A stretch of DNA of 62,516 nucleotides from Coprobacillus sp. (lineage in GTDB: Bacteria; Bacillota_I; Bacilli_A; RFN20; CAG-826): the NCBI GenBank assembly GCA_021203815.1, contig JAJQAL010000022.1:1-62516 (forward strand). Direction: 5' to 3'. A program made the position numbers and the translations under genes. Under the pieces are notes generated by a model. The model did no database searches. It was given only the letters and a program-made list of their open reading frames with translations, and was not told where the DNA came from. How positions within the stretch are numbered: position 1 is the first letter of the stretch; the number at the start of each line of letters is the position of its first letter. This document shows, piece after piece, positions 17,800-28,500 of this stretch.

Positions 17800-19884
17800 T
17801 TAATTATCTTTTTGCGCTTGTCCCGCTTTTTTAACGATCTCTTCCTGAATAAACCTTGGGGTTTCTCCATAGTGATCAAACTGCATGGTGTAATTTCCTC
17901 TGCCTTGAGTCATGCTTCTTAGGTCAGTCACATAGCCAAACATCTCTGCAAGTGGGACTTCCGCTTCAATGATTTTAGCGTTGGCTCTTTGCTGTTCACC
18001 GGTGACATTACCTCTTCTTCTTGAGATATCACCGATGACATCGCCGTAGTACTGCTCAGGAACGGTGACTTCAATCGCCATAATAGGCTCAAGGATAATG
18101 GGGTCACATTTCTTCGCGGCTTCTCTTAGCGCAAGGGAAGCAGCAATCTTATAGGCCATTTCCGAGGAGTCAACTTCGTGGTAAGAGCCGTCGAATAAGG
18201 TGGCTTTTATATCCATCACCTGATAACCCGCGATAAGACCTCTCGTGAGAGCATCTTCAAGGCCATCCTTAGTGGGCTTAATATACTCTTTAGGCACTAC
18301 ACCACCGATAATATTATCCACAAACTCGAAGCCTTTGCCTGGATTAGGTTCAAACCTAATCTTGACGTGACCGTACTGGCCGTGTCCTCCAGTTTGACGG
18401 ATATATTTACCTTCGCATTCCGCACTGGTTCTAATCGTCTCACGATATTCAACCTGAGGCGCGCCGACATTAACCTGGACTCCAAACTCTCTTCTAAGTC
18501 GATCAACGATAATATCGAGATGGAGTTCACCGACACCAGCGATAATAGTTTGACCGGTTTCAGAGTTAGTTCTCACTCTGAAGGTTGGATCCTCTTCCGC
18601 GAGTTTATTAAGCGCGGCAGTCATCTTCTCTTGATCGAGTTTGGTCTTAGGCTCAACGGCCTGCTCAATAACTGGGTCAGGGAAGACCATCTTCTCGAGG
18701 ATGATTGGATGATTTTCTTCACAAAGTGTATCACCCGTAGTGGTGTTTTTAAGACCAACTACCGCGCCGATATCACCAGCGTGAAGAGCATCAACCTCTT
18801 GACGGTGGTTAGAGTGCATGAGGACAACTCGGGCAATTCTTTCTTTTTCTCCACGAGTGGAGTTAAGTACGTATGTTCCCGCGCGAAGGGTACCGCTATA
18901 AACACGGACATAGGTAAGCCTACCAATAAAGGGGTCAGTCGCAATCTTGAAGGCAAGCACTCCAAGAGGGGCATCATCATTAACTTCACAGGTTACTGGG
19001 TTACCCCTATCATCCGTTCCTTTAGCGGGTGGAATATCAAGTGGAGAAGGGAGATAGTCCACAATTCCATCGAGAAGTAACTGTATATTCTTATTTTTAT
19101 AAGCGGATCCACAGAAGACAGGATGGAACTCACCGGATAGAACCGCTTGACGGATCACTCTCTTCGTGGTTTCAACATCTGGCTCTTCTCCTTCAAGCAC
19201 CATCATAAGAATATCGTCATCAAAGGAGGCAAGGGTTTCAAATAGCTTTCCTCTTAGCTCTTTGACTTTTGGAAGATATTCTTCAGGGATAGGCTCTTCA
19301 TGAGGCTCGTCATGGAAGTCAGAGGTATAAACCCAGGCTTTTTGTTCGACGAGGTCAATACAGCCTTTAAGCGTGGATTCAATGCCGATTGGATATTGAA
19401 CCGCTTCCGCTTTGGCGCCTAGTTTTTCATGAACGGAACGGATATTCATTTCAAAGTCTGCGCCGATGGCGTCGAGTTTATTCACGAAGACAAGACGAGG
19501 GACTCCATATTTCGAGGCCTGTCTCCAAACGGTTTCAGTTTGTGGTTCCACGCCGTTTTTGCCGTCTAGTACGGCAATTGCGCCGTCTAGGACACGAAGA
19601 GAACGCTCAACTTCGACGGTAAAGTCGACGTGCCCTGGAGTGTCGATAATATTGATTCGATTCCCTTTCCAAAACGCGGTTGTCGCAGCGCTTGTAATGG
19701 TAATACCTCTTTCTTGCTCCTGGACCATCCAGTCCATGGTGGCTTGTCCTTCATGGACTTCACCGATTTTATGAATCTTACCGGTATAGTAGAGGATTCT
19801 TTCTGTAATGGTTGTTTTACCGGCATCAATATGAGCCATAATCCCAATATTACGGGTATGGGCTAAATCGTATTCACGTGCCAT
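17800..19884 (-). CDS. fusA: Elongation factor G
   Basis: 694 aa with [17 protein letters not shown] and NKLD motifs. Canonical position after rpsG. Confidence 0.99.
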   Translation of the reverse strand: MAREYDLAHTRNIGIMAHIDAGKTTITERILYYTGKIHKIGEVHEGQATMDWMVQEQERGITITSAATTAFWKGNRINIIDTPGHVDFTVEVERSLRVLDGAIAVLDGKNGVEPQTETVWRQASKYGVPRLVFVNKLDAIGADFEMNIRSVHEKLGAKAEAVQYPIGIESTLKGCIDLVEQKAWVYTSDFHDEPHEEPIPEEYLPKVKELRGKLFETLASFDDDILMMVLEGEEPDVETTKRVIRQAVLSGEFHPVFCGSAYKNKNIQLLLDGIVDYLPSPLDIPPAKGTDDRGNPVTCEVNDDAPLGVLAFKIATDPFIGRLTYVRVYSGTLRAGTYVLNSTRGEKERIARVVLMHSNHRQEVDALHAGDIGAVVGLKNTTTGDTLCEENHPIILEKMVFPDPVIEQAVEPKTKLDQEKMTAALNKLAEEDPTFRVRTNSETGQTIIAGVGELHLDIIVDRLRREFGVQVNVGAPQVEYRETIRTSAECEGKYIRQTGGHGQYGHVKIRFEPNPGKGFEFVDNIIGGVVPKEYIKPTKDGLEDALTRGLIAGYQVMDIKATLFDGSYHEVDSSEMAYKIAASLALREAAKKCDPIILEPIMAIEVTVPEQYYGDVIGDISRRRGNVTGEQQRANAKIIEAEVPLAEMFGYVTDLRSMTQGRGNYTMQFDHYGETPRFIQEEIVKKAGQAQKDN

Positions 19885-19893
19885 AAATCCTCC

Positions 19894-20364
19894 TTACCAG
19901 CGATAATGAGCGTAAGCTTTATTGGCTTCCGCCATCTTGTGGGTATCTTCTCTCTTTTTCACCGAGGCTCCGGTGCCGTTTGCGGCATCGATAATCTCAG
20001 CGGCTAGTTTCTCTTCCATGCTCTTTTCGTTACGTAAACGAGCATACGTGACTAGCCATCTTAAACCAAGGGTCACTTTTCTTTCGGGACTTACTTCCAC
20101 AGGAACCTGATAGTTAGTGGCACCGATTCTTCTGGTTTTAAGCTCGACATCTGGCATGATGTTATTAATCGCGGTGGCGAAGACGTCCATTGCGGGTTTT
20201 CCCGTCTTCTCTTCGATACGATCAAAAGCATTATATAGAATCTTCTGCGCGGTTCCTTTCTTTCCATCAATCATTAATTTATTAATTAATCTCGTCACGA
20301 GTTTTGAATTATAAATTGGATCAGGAAGGACATCACGTTTTTCTACACTACCTTTTCTTGGCAT
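19894..20364 (-). CDS. rpsG: 30S ribosomal protein S7
   Basis: 156 aa, typical S7 sequence (PRKG...YRW). Position in the str operon. Confidence 0.98.
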   Translation of the reverse strand: MPRKGSVEKRDVLPDPIYNSKLVTRLINKLMIDGKKGTAQKILYNAFDRIEEKTGKPAMDVFATAINNIMPDVELKTRRIGATNYQVPVEVSPERKVTLGLRWLVTYARLRNEKSMEEKLAAEIIDAANGTGASVKKREDTHKMAEANKAYAHYRW

Positions 20365-20408
20365 ATCTTAATCCTCCTTTATTTATTAGTTATATATCTA
20401 TATATAAA

Positions 20409-20828
20409 TTAGTCGTTATCTTTTGGTTTTTTGGTGCCGTATAGGCTTCTTCCCTGTCTTCTCGCCTCAATACCAGCGCAGTCAAGAGTGCCACGGATAA
20501 TGTGGTATCTAACGCCTGGTAGGTCCTTCACTCTACCGCCTCTTACGAGAACTGTGGAGTGCTCCTGAAGGTTATGACCTTCACCGCCGATATAGGCGGT
20601 TACTTCATAGCCGTTTGATAATCTAACACGGGCGTATTTTCTAAGAGCGGAGTTTGGCTTTTTAGGGGTCATAGTGCCCACACGGGTACAAACACCTCTC
20701 TTTTGAGAACATGCTTGGTTAGTTTCTTTCTTTTTAAGGGAATTCCAGCGTTTGCCTAAAGCCGGAGCTTTTGACTTCTCCGTGGCTGTTTTACGACCAT
20801 CACGAACTAATTGATTGATTGTTGGCAT
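20409..20828 (-). CDS. rpsL: 30S ribosomal protein S12
   Basis: MPTINQL... KKPNSALRK ... typical S12. SD AAAGGAGAAAG upstream. Confidence 0.98.
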   Translation of the reverse strand: MPTINQLVRDGRKTATEKSKAPALGKRWNSLKKKETNQACSQKRGVCTRVGTMTPKKPNSALRKYARVRLSNGYEVTAYIGGEGHNLQEHSTVLVRGGRVKDLPGVRYHIIRGTLDCAGIEARRQGRSLYGTKKPKDND

Positions 20829-20925
20829 GACTTTCTCCTTTCAGATTTATGTCCACTAGACCGGGTGTATCAATGTCCCATCTAAATAAAGAGACCATAA
20901 TGGTCTAGCTAACACACGATTGCAT

Positions 20926-20954
20926 ATTTTATATTATTTATTTTGGTAGTGCAA
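20926..20954 (-). promoter_or_regulatory. Candidate promoter of the rpsL-rpsG-fusA-tuf operon
   Basis: Minus strand reads TTGCAC (20954-49), a 17-nt spacer, then TAAAAT (20931-26). The ~95-nt leader contains the hairpin AGACCA-TTA-TGGTCT (20892-20906) followed by CTTTATTT. Confidence 0.45.
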
Positions 20955-20990
20955 TAGGAAAAATATATATTTTTCATATAGCAAGACTAG

Positions 20991-22337
20991 TTAGTTTTGC
21001 TTATTTAGAAAATCCACAAACCGGCCAACGAGGAAAGCACAGAAAAGGGGAAAGGTGTAGACCTTACCATCAAAGCCGATATTCCCATTAGCGAGTTTAA
21101 TGCCTCTTTTTACATTTGGATAACCACTGCTTTCGATAATTTTATAGAGAGAAGTGGCCCTATTGGTTCCCGCTTTAACTTCAATTGGAATTATTTCCCT
21201 ACTTGTTTCAAAAAGAAACTCTTCTTCGATATGATAGGTGTCTCTTTTGAAATAATAAAGAGATTCTCCGCTTTTAAATAGGGCCTCAGCGATGATATTT
21301 TCAGTAAAACCACCATTTGAAACAGCGTAATTTCGACTCAATCCAAAATCGGAGAAGAGACGATCATCAAACATTGATAGTAAAAGCCCGCTGTCTCTCA
21401 GGTATAGCTTGAACTTATCACTTTTATAATAACTTTCAAAAGGGATAGAAAGTTCTTCAAGGCAGTAACAGGGGACGACTATTCCCGCATCAATAAGCCA
21501 CTCAATCGCACTACTATAGTCCTTATAGCGGGCACTTTTATCGTCTTTAATTTTCTTAACTTGGAATTTCTTATTTTCTTTAGCGAGCTGAGAGGGGATA
21601 CTTCTAAAAGCTTCGAGGATACGGCCGCCACTAACAACATCAGAATACTGAATCATATCTGCGCGGTATTGAGAAACGATTTTCTTTTGCATGTCTCTAG
21701 CGTTACTAATGTTCCCATTTTCTAGGTAATCGACAATAACCGCTGGCATACCTCCAAGGATGACATAATTAAAGAAATGCGAATTTAATGACTCTAATTC
21801 GCTTTTATCAAATGGTATATTCTCTTCCATATGATTAAAAATAACCTCAATGTAACTACTAAGTCCGATGGCCCAGAGGTATTCCTCAAAATCCATCGAT
21901 GACATTTCAAATTCGTCCATGTAGCCCACTGGAACACTAGAGACTCTCTTATACTGAATACCAAGAAGAGAGCCACTGCAGATGACGTCGTAGCGGCCAT
22001 CGAGACTAAATGCCTTTAAAGTGGATAAGAAGTCAGGAAGAAGTTGAATCTCATCAAAAATAAGAATCGTCTTATATGGAACAAAAGAAAAATTATCGCC
22101 ATGTAGAACAATACCATTGATAATAGAGTTTACTTCATAGCCATCCTTAAGAATATCCATGTATTTTTTTTGAATATCAAAATTAATATAAATAACGTGT
22201 TCATAATTAGCGTTAGCAAAATGAAGGATAGACTCCGTCTTGCCAACTTGTCTGGGTCCTTTAATTAGAAGGGGAACGTGTTTTGGATTGGCTTTCCAAC
22301 TTATTAAATATGAATCGATTTTCCTTTGTAAATACAT
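20991..22337 (-). CDS. AAA+ superfamily ATPase (AAA_14 + DUF4143 / COG1373-type)
   Basis: Walker A GPRQVGKTE near the N-terminus and Walker B-like LIFDEIQ. Overall length and C-terminal region are typical of DUF4143 ATPases. No partner gene is evident. Confidence 0.8.
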   Translation of the reverse strand: MYLQRKIDSYLISWKANPKHVPLLIKGPRQVGKTESILHFANANYEHVIYINFDIQKKYMDILKDGYEVNSIINGIVLHGDNFSFVPYKTILIFDEIQLLPDFLSTLKAFSLDGRYDVICSGSLLGIQYKRVSSVPVGYMDEFEMSSMDFEEYLWAIGLSSYIEVIFNHMEENIPFDKSELESLNSHFFNYVILGGMPAVIVDYLENGNISNARDMQKKIVSQYRADMIQYSDVVSGGRILEAFRSIPSQLAKENKKFQVKKIKDDKSARYKDYSSAIEWLIDAGIVVPCYCLEELSIPFESYYKSDKFKLYLRDSGLLLSMFDDRLFSDFGLSRNYAVSNGGFTENIIAEALFKSGESLYYFKRDTYHIEEEFLFETSREIIPIEVKAGTNRATSLYKIIESSGYPNVKRGIKLANGNIGFDGKVYTFPLFCAFLVGRFVDFLNKQN

Positions 22338-22341
22338 AAAA

Positions 22342-22375
22342 GCCTCGGATGACTATTATAGTAATCCTCCGAGGC
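22342..22375 (-). promoter_or_regulatory. Hairpin overlapping the putative SD and -10 of the AAA ATPase gene
   Basis: Perfect 8-bp stem GCCTCGGA/TCCGAGGC (22342-49 / 22368-75) with an 18-nt loop that reads TATAAT on the minus strand. The 3' arm on the minus strand contains GAGG 5 nt before ATG 22337. Confidence 0.4.
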
Positions 22376-22390
22376 AAATTATTCAACGAT

Positions 22391-22472
22391 TTTCACGTTT
22401 CTGCATCATTTTTGAAGATTTCGTTCCACGTTTCTGCAATGTTTTAGAGCACTTCGTTCCACGTTTTTAGCA
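22391..22472. repeat. Three direct repeats phased at exactly 33 bp
   Basis: Cores are TTTCACGTTTCTGCA (22391-405), TTCCACGTTTCTGCA (22424-38) and TTCCACGTTTTTAGCA (22457-72). Copies 2 and 3 share 14/14 nt (TTCGTTCCACGTTT). Confidence 0.8.
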
Positions 22473-22516
22473 GATTTGGACATTAAAGTAATAGTTTTCT
22501 AGTAAAAATAACTATT

Positions 22517-24133
22517 TTATTCTTTTGTCATAATTACGATAGACTCTGGTGGGACGACAAGTGAGGTTCCATTAACCTCAAGTTCATACTGATCATCGCA
22601 GATAAGAGAATCAGATATGATAGTATAATCCTCTACACTACCAATCACATAGGTATAAGGCTCAGTAAGAGAGGCATTAATAAGAAGGAGGACACTATCT
22701 TCACCATACGTCTTCTCAAATCCTTGGAAAGCATTAGTGTCAGAGTACACAGTGGTGCAATCTCCACATGGGATAGCAAGATAAGAATTTCGTACCTTAT
22801 TTGCATGAGCGACATACGCTAGAGAAGAGTTATCATCTTTGAGGAGAGATTTTACAGTTCCAAACGGATAGACAGTTGCTTCCTCAATAGTGGACGCGCC
22901 GCTGACGGGGGTACAAGTATATTTATCGCCCCAGTTCATTGGAACTCTAAGATCTTCATCTTTACTAGATAGTTGTGCGCCCATACCAATTTCATCTCCA
23001 TAGTAATTGAAAATACAGCCGGTGCTCATTGCAAGAAGACCATAGCCAAATTTTAGTCTTTGTGGAGCGCCTCTTCCTTGGGTTGCTCCCACTAGACGTC
23101 CACTTGGACTATCGTGATTACATACAAACGGAGCGGGAATACATCCCTCAGGTAAACTAGAAAATGAATTATTATAGGCCTTTTGGAAATTTGTTGCGTT
23201 CTGCGTATTAACAGTTGTCCCGATATAACCTTCAGTTCCTTTGAAATCAAAATTGAAGCAGGAATCAATGCCAGACTGGAGAAGGGTGGCATTACTAGAA
23301 GTGCTGCCCCACTGACCTTCTGCAACGATATAGCAGTCGGGTTTAATCGATTTTGCAGTATCGTTAATCCATTTTAAGACCGCGGCATCATCATTATCGA
23401 CGTTTGAATTACCAAAATAAGTGGTGACAGCGTCAAGTCTAAAGCCGTCGACATCATAATCTTCAAGCCAGAATCTCATGACTTCGGTAAGGTCTTGAGC
23501 GAGATCGCAAGTGGGATCATCAAGAATTAACTGTAAGTTGAGGTCAGGCATCTGTGAATCAAACTCGCATTCGTAGTACCAAGTGCTATTATAAGCGTTA
23601 TATCCACTTTGGTATGAAGTTGACCAAACATAGTAGTCGTAGTATTTATTTGTTCGGTCGCCCTTTACATGAGCTTGAGCGCTTTCAGTGAACCAAGGAT
23701 TATTTCTTCCTGAATGGTTAACGACTAAATCAAGGATAACAGTCATCCCAAGGTCATGGGCTTTATCCACCATCTCCTTATAGTCATCAAGGGTTCCAAA
23801 GTCTGGATCGATATCGAAATAATCATCGACATTATATTTATGATAGGTTGTGGATGGATGAACTGGAGTAAGCCAGATACCATTGAAACCTAAATCATGG
23901 ATATAGTCTAGTTTAGCGGTAATACCGGGAATATCACCGATTCCATCTTTATTACTATCGGCATATGAATAAGGGAATATTTCATAGTATGTTCCGTATT
24001 TTCCGTAATCGACAGTTTCATAACCATCGTTATAATGATATGTATAATCACTACTACAAGCGGACGCACTAAAACCAGTGGCCACGCTCATCACAGCTAA
24101 AAGAGAAATTGTAATTATGTTCTTTTTTTTCAT
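22517..24133 (-). CDS. GH13 alpha-amylase-family glycoside hydrolase, lipoprotein
   Basis: Lipobox ASA|C. GH13 regions I-IV are present: DLVVNHSG, GFRLDAVTT, IVAEGQW, FVCNHDS. Confidence 0.9.
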   Translation of the reverse strand: MKKKNIITISLLAVMSVATGFSASACSSDYTYHYNDGYETVDYGKYGTYYEIFPYSYADSNKDGIGDIPGITAKLDYIHDLGFNGIWLTPVHPSTTYHKYNVDDYFDIDPDFGTLDDYKEMVDKAHDLGMTVILDLVVNHSGRNNPWFTESAQAHVKGDRTNKYYDYYVWSTSYQSGYNAYNSTWYYECEFDSQMPDLNLQLILDDPTCDLAQDLTEVMRFWLEDYDVDGFRLDAVTTYFGNSNVDNDDAAVLKWINDTAKSIKPDCYIVAEGQWGSTSSNATLLQSGIDSCFNFDFKGTEGYIGTTVNTQNATNFQKAYNNSFSSLPEGCIPAPFVCNHDSPSGRLVGATQGRGAPQRLKFGYGLLAMSTGCIFNYYGDEIGMGAQLSSKDEDLRVPMNWGDKYTCTPVSGASTIEEATVYPFGTVKSLLKDDNSSLAYVAHANKVRNSYLAIPCGDCTTVYSDTNAFQGFEKTYGEDSVLLLINASLTEPYTYVIGSVEDYTIISDSLICDDQYELEVNGTSLVVPPESIVIMTKE

Positions 24134-24165
24134 AAAAGGGTACCCCCTATGTTACCTATATTATA

Positions 24166-24957
24166 CTAGATAAGCCCGAGACTTTTAAAGGCATTATATA
24201 CCCCATCTTTTGAGATAGGGTCTGTCACCATGTCAGCGGCTTTTTTAGTTTCTTTATTTCCGTTTCCTAAACAGATGGAATATCCCACTTCATTAAACAT
24301 AGAAATATCGGGAAGATCATCACCCACTGCGATAGCACTCCTTTTATCCATCGATAAATACGAGAGGAGATACCTAACTCCATCCCCTTTAATTCTTTCT
24401 GTTGGGGCGAGATCTGCGCCGTATTTATCATATCGATAAAAAATCGCTCTTTTGGGAAGATTTTCTTTTATATACTCTTCATGTTCATCAGTAGCAAATA
24501 AAACAAACGCCGTTATGCGCTGATTTTTGTATTTTTTATATTTAGTAATGACTTCTCGATAGGTCTTATAAAGTTCATAAACTTCATCGTGAATAGGCGC
24601 CATCATAAAGCGGGTTTTTGTGGTGGCCGCTTCAAGCGATAGATTAAGTGGAAGAATAACATTTCGGATTTGCTCAACTTCCGCTTTCGTAAAATACGTA
24701 GTGTGGACAAGTTTATTTTTATAAAAGATAGTTTGTCCATTACTGCATATTACTCCATCAGGATGAAAGTATTTAAAAGTCCCGAGGCGGTAAAGGGAAT
24801 CATAGTTACGCGATGTACATAAGATTAAAATATTCCCATTCTTTTTGAGTTTTTTAAAAGCGTCAATTCCAGACTGAGGGAAGCAGCTATTCTCATGGTC
24901 ATAAAGCGTCCAATCGATATCGAAGAAGATTATTTTCTTATCAGTTTTACTTTTCAT
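24166..24957 (-). CDS. Cof-type HAD-IIB phosphatase
   Basis: Motif I FFDIDWTLYD, motif II LCTSRN, motif IV GDDLPDISMF. I prefer ATG 24957 (MKSKTDKK...) over the ORF-track TTG at 24984. The start is uncertain. Confidence 0.8.
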   Translation of the reverse strand: MKSKTDKKIIFFDIDWTLYDHENSCFPQSGIDAFKKLKKNGNILILCTSRNYDSLYRLGTFKYFHPDGVICSNGQTIFYKNKLVHTTYFTKAEVEQIRNVILPLNLSLEAATTKTRFMMAPIHDEVYELYKTYREVITKYKKYKNQRITAFVLFATDEHEEYIKENLPKRAIFYRYDKYGADLAPTERIKGDGVRYLLSYLSMDKRSAIAVGDDLPDISMFNEVGYSICLGNGNKETKKAADMVTDPISKDGVYNAFKSLGLI

Positions 24958-24997
24958 ATATAATGAATTATAGCAAAAGTACAAGTGGGAGGAAAAT

Positions 24998-25516
24998 ATG
25001 AGTTTTAAAGAGATAAAAGTAGAAGATTTTAATTTTGATGGCTATTCTCTATTCGGAAAGAGGTGGCCCTTACTAGGCGCGGGGACACCGTCAAAATATA
25101 ACGCGATGACCATATCCTGGGGTCAATATGGAAGCCTATGGGGTCATATGGGCGGAGAAAAAACCGTTGTGGTCTATGTTAGACCGACGAGATTCACCCA
25201 CGATATAATTGAGGAAAGTGATTATTTCTCGCTTTCTATTCTTCCTGAAAAAAGTAGAGACGCGCTTATGTATATGGGCTCCCATTCCGGCCGTGATGAA
25301 GATAAAATTAAGAAAGCAGGACTTACTCCATGTTTTATTAGTAATACTATGTATATTGAGGAGGCAGAAGTCGTCCTTATTTGTCAAAAACTCTACAAAG
25401 ACCAGATAAAAGAAGAGAATTTCATCGATAAATCGATAATTGATGAGCAGTATCCAAGGCGCGATTTTCACACGGTATATATCGCAAAAATTGAGAAAGT
25501 TTTAGTAAAAGAATAA
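24998..25516 (+). CDS. Flavin reductase-like (FMN-binding split-barrel) protein
   Basis: 172 aa. The pattern NAMTISWGQYGSLWG...VVVYVRPTRFTHD is typical of the flavin-reductase-like domain family. SD GGGAGG 6 nt upstream. Confidence 0.7.
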   Translation: MSFKEIKVEDFNFDGYSLFGKRWPLLGAGTPSKYNAMTISWGQYGSLWGHMGGEKTVVVYVRPTRFTHDIIEESDYFSLSILPEKSRDALMYMGSHSGRDEDKIKKAGLTPCFISNTMYIEEAEVVLICQKLYKDQIKEENFIDKSIIDEQYPRRDFHTVYIAKIEKVLVKE

Positions 25517-25542
25517 CCTTGTAAAATCTCGCTAAATAAAAT

Positions 25543-25566
25543 AAAAAGCCGGCAGAACCGGCTTTT
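25543..25566. terminator. Bidirectional intrinsic terminator (flavin-reductase gene / rpoC)
   Basis: AAAAAGCCGG-CAGAA-CCGGCTTTT: a 6-bp GC stem flanked by an A tract and a T tract. Confidence 0.7.
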
Positions 25567-25585
25567 CTATTTAATGATTAGAGAA

Positions 25586-28500
25586 TTATTTACTCGCTTC
25601 GTAGATCTTACCGCGGAGCTCCGCAATCTTACGGTCATGCTCCTCGATATAACTCGATCTTACTTCTTTCATCTTCTTCTCAACGGAGAAGCCATCGAGA
25701 ATATCCTCTTCTTCCTCATCGGTTAATAGACCTCTACCCGCAGGGATGAGACGTCCAGTAATGACGTTCTCCTTAAGTCCATGGAGATGGTCAGTCTTCC
25801 CTTTAATCGTCGCATCGGTAAGAACCTTAGTGGTCTCCTGGAAGGAAGCCGCGGAGAGGAAGGAATCGACTTCAAGAGCCGCTTTAGTAATTCCAAGAAC
25901 AAGAGGCTGGAAGATTGCCGGTCTCTTTCCGCTTGTAAGAGCCTTCTGGTTCTCTTCGGTAACCTGATTAACATTAACTCTGGTGCCGCTTAGTAAATCG
26001 GTATCACCCGCATCGATAATAAAGACTTTATTAAGCATCTGACGGACGATAACTTCGATATGTTTATCGCTAATCGCAATAGACTGAGCGGAATAAACTT
26101 TCTGGATTTCCTTAACGATATAGTTTTCGACGGAGTTAACATTAGCCACTTCAAGGAGCTCTTTTGGAGAAATAGAGCCTTCCGTAATCTTCGAGCCGTT
26201 ATAGACATAGTCTTTTTCTTTCACTCTAAGTTTGGCTCCAAATGGAGTGGTATAGGTCTTCTCTTCTAAGTCATTTTTCACGGTAACGACATAGTGTCCG
26301 CCTTCTTCCGTGATCTTAGTGACAGTGCCGCAGATTTGAGAAATCGTGGACATACCTTTTGGAGTTCTCGCTTCAAATAGCTCCTGAACACGAGGGAGAC
26401 CTTGAGTGATATCACTACCAGCGGCAACACCGCCAGATCTATGGTTCCATAGAGTAAGTTGAGTACCTGGTTCACCAATAGACTGGGCGGCCATAACACC
26501 AACAGCGTCACCCACTTTAATCTCTCGGCCGGTGGCAAGGCATCTTCCGTAGCAGTGGACACAGACACCATCTTTGGTCTCACAGCCAAATAAGGATCTA
26601 ATCTTAACAGACGTAATACCAGCGTTAACGATTTCTTTCGCGGTGTCTTCTTCAATCATGGTGTTACCCTTAACGATAACTTCACCTGTTTTAGGATTAA
26701 CGATATCATCGAGAGCGTATCGACCGACAAGTCGATCGTAGAGCTTAACGATAACCGTATTACGCGCGGTATCAACGATATCGCTAACTTCAAAGCCCTG
26801 ATGAGTGCCGCAGTCGACCTCACGGACGACAACGTCTTGAGCAACATCGACAAGTCGACGGGTTAGATAGCCGGAGTCAGCAGTCTTAAGCGCGGTATCG
26901 GAGCCGCCTTTTCTCGCTCCGTGCGTAGCAATAAAGAACTCGGAAACGGATAGACCTTCACGGAAACAGGACTTAACTGGAAGTTCAATAATACCACCGG
27001 AGGTATTACCCATGAGTCCTCTCATACCGGCAAGCTGAATAATATTAGAGATATTACCACGAGCCCCACTATCACTCATCATGTAGATTGGGTTGCGTTT
27101 ATCTTGAGAGAACTGTTTGGTTAGTACGTCTCTCACTTTATCGACCACATCACTCCACACCGCAACGGCTTGGTTATGCTTTTCTTCAGCGGTGAGGAAG
27201 CCGGCTTCATACCACTGCTCAATCTCGTCGACTTTCTTATCGCCTTCAGCGATAAGTTTCTCTTTACCTTTACAGACGGTAATATCCGCAAGGGAAACGG
27301 TAAAGCCAGCGGTTGTGGCAAAGCTAAAGCCTTGGTCTTTCATCTTATCAAGAACTGCGGCGGTCTTAGGATTCCCCACTCTATCGTAACGCTGGAAGAT
27401 TTCATCGATTATTCTTCCTAGCTCTTTCTTACGGAATGGGAGCTCGGTAGGACGAGAGGCAATAAGCTCAGGGATATTCGTTCCTTTTGGAGCGAAATAT
27501 TCCATTGGAGTGCCTTCGAGGTTCTCACTATTAACTTTATTTAAATATGGGAAGTCACTTGGGAAGATCCTATTAAAGATGACTTTACCCACAGTGGTGA
27601 TTAAATAAGAATTGTTTTGCTCCTCAGTGAAGCAGGATTTCATCACTCCTTTACCAAGGACCGCAATTCTATTTTGGAGATGGACCTGCTTAGTATCATA
27701 AGCAAGGAGGACATCATCCATATTACGGAAGACTTTGCCTTCACTAGCAGCGTATAGTTCATATAGATCCGCTTGCTCAGTGTCGCCTTCCGCTCTTAAC
27801 TGTTTCGCTTTCTCAAGTAACTCTTCTTTACTAATTTCACTAGTAAGGTAGTAGTTACCTAATACCATATCCTGAGAAGGAGTCACAATAGAGGCACCAT
27901 CTTTAGGACCAAGAATATTATTAGAGGCAAGCATTAAATCGAGGGCTTCTTCTTGGGCCTCTTTACTTAAAGGCACATGGACCGCCATCTGGTCACCATC
28001 GAAGTCAGCGTTAAAGCCCGCACACACTAGTGGATGGAGTCTAATGGCTCTTCCATCGACGAGTTTAGGCTGGAAGGCCTGAATACCAAGTCTATGGAGA
28101 GTAGGAGCACGGTTAAGAAGGACTGGGTGCTTACTGATGATGTCCTCAAGGACATCATAAACACAGTCTTCATATCGATCGATAATCTTATCCGCTTGTT
28201 TATGAGCAGTCGCTTTTCCTCTCTTAAGGAGTTCGCAGGCGATAAATGGACGGAGAAGTTGAATCGCCATTTCTCTTGGGATGCCGCATTCATACATTCT
28301 AAGGTCTGGTCCCACCGCAATAACGGAACGACCGGAATAGTCCACTCTCTTGCCGAGGAGGTTCTGTCTAAATCTACCCTGTTTTCCTTTAAGAGCGCTA
28401 CTTAAGGACTTAAGAGCTCTTCCTCCAGGTCCTTGGACAGGTTTATTACGTCTCCCGTTATCGATAAGAGCGTCCACTGACTCTTGAAGCATTCTCTTTT

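Noticed and set aside
18367-19080. A 237-aa ORF antisense to fusA. Similar long antisense ORFs lie at 30196-30768 (rpoB), 9904-10392 (ABC ATPase), 3784-4341 (SBP), 28034-28405 and others (rpoC).
   Set aside because: They lie entirely within strongly conserved genes on the other strand, have low-complexity or odd composition, and lack SDs. These are typical shadow ORFs.
20991-22337. The DUF4143 AAA ATPase as a defence or mobile-element gene.
   Set aside because: It is a single gene with no nuclease, methylase or integrase partner. This family is widespread and multi-copy with unknown function. Only the upstream repeats are reported as a finding.
22391-22472. The 33-bp repeats as a mini-CRISPR array.
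   Set aside because: There are only three degenerate copies with 15-16-nt cores, no palindromic repeat structure, ~18-nt 'spacers' that are partly conserved, and no cas genes in the window.
24121-24133. An A8 tract in codons 2-4 of the GH13 lipoprotein gene (ATGAAAAAAAAG) as a phase-variation switch.
   Set aside because: Eight residues is short for slipped-strand switching, and Lys-rich signal-peptide N-termini generate such runs routinely in AT-rich genomes.
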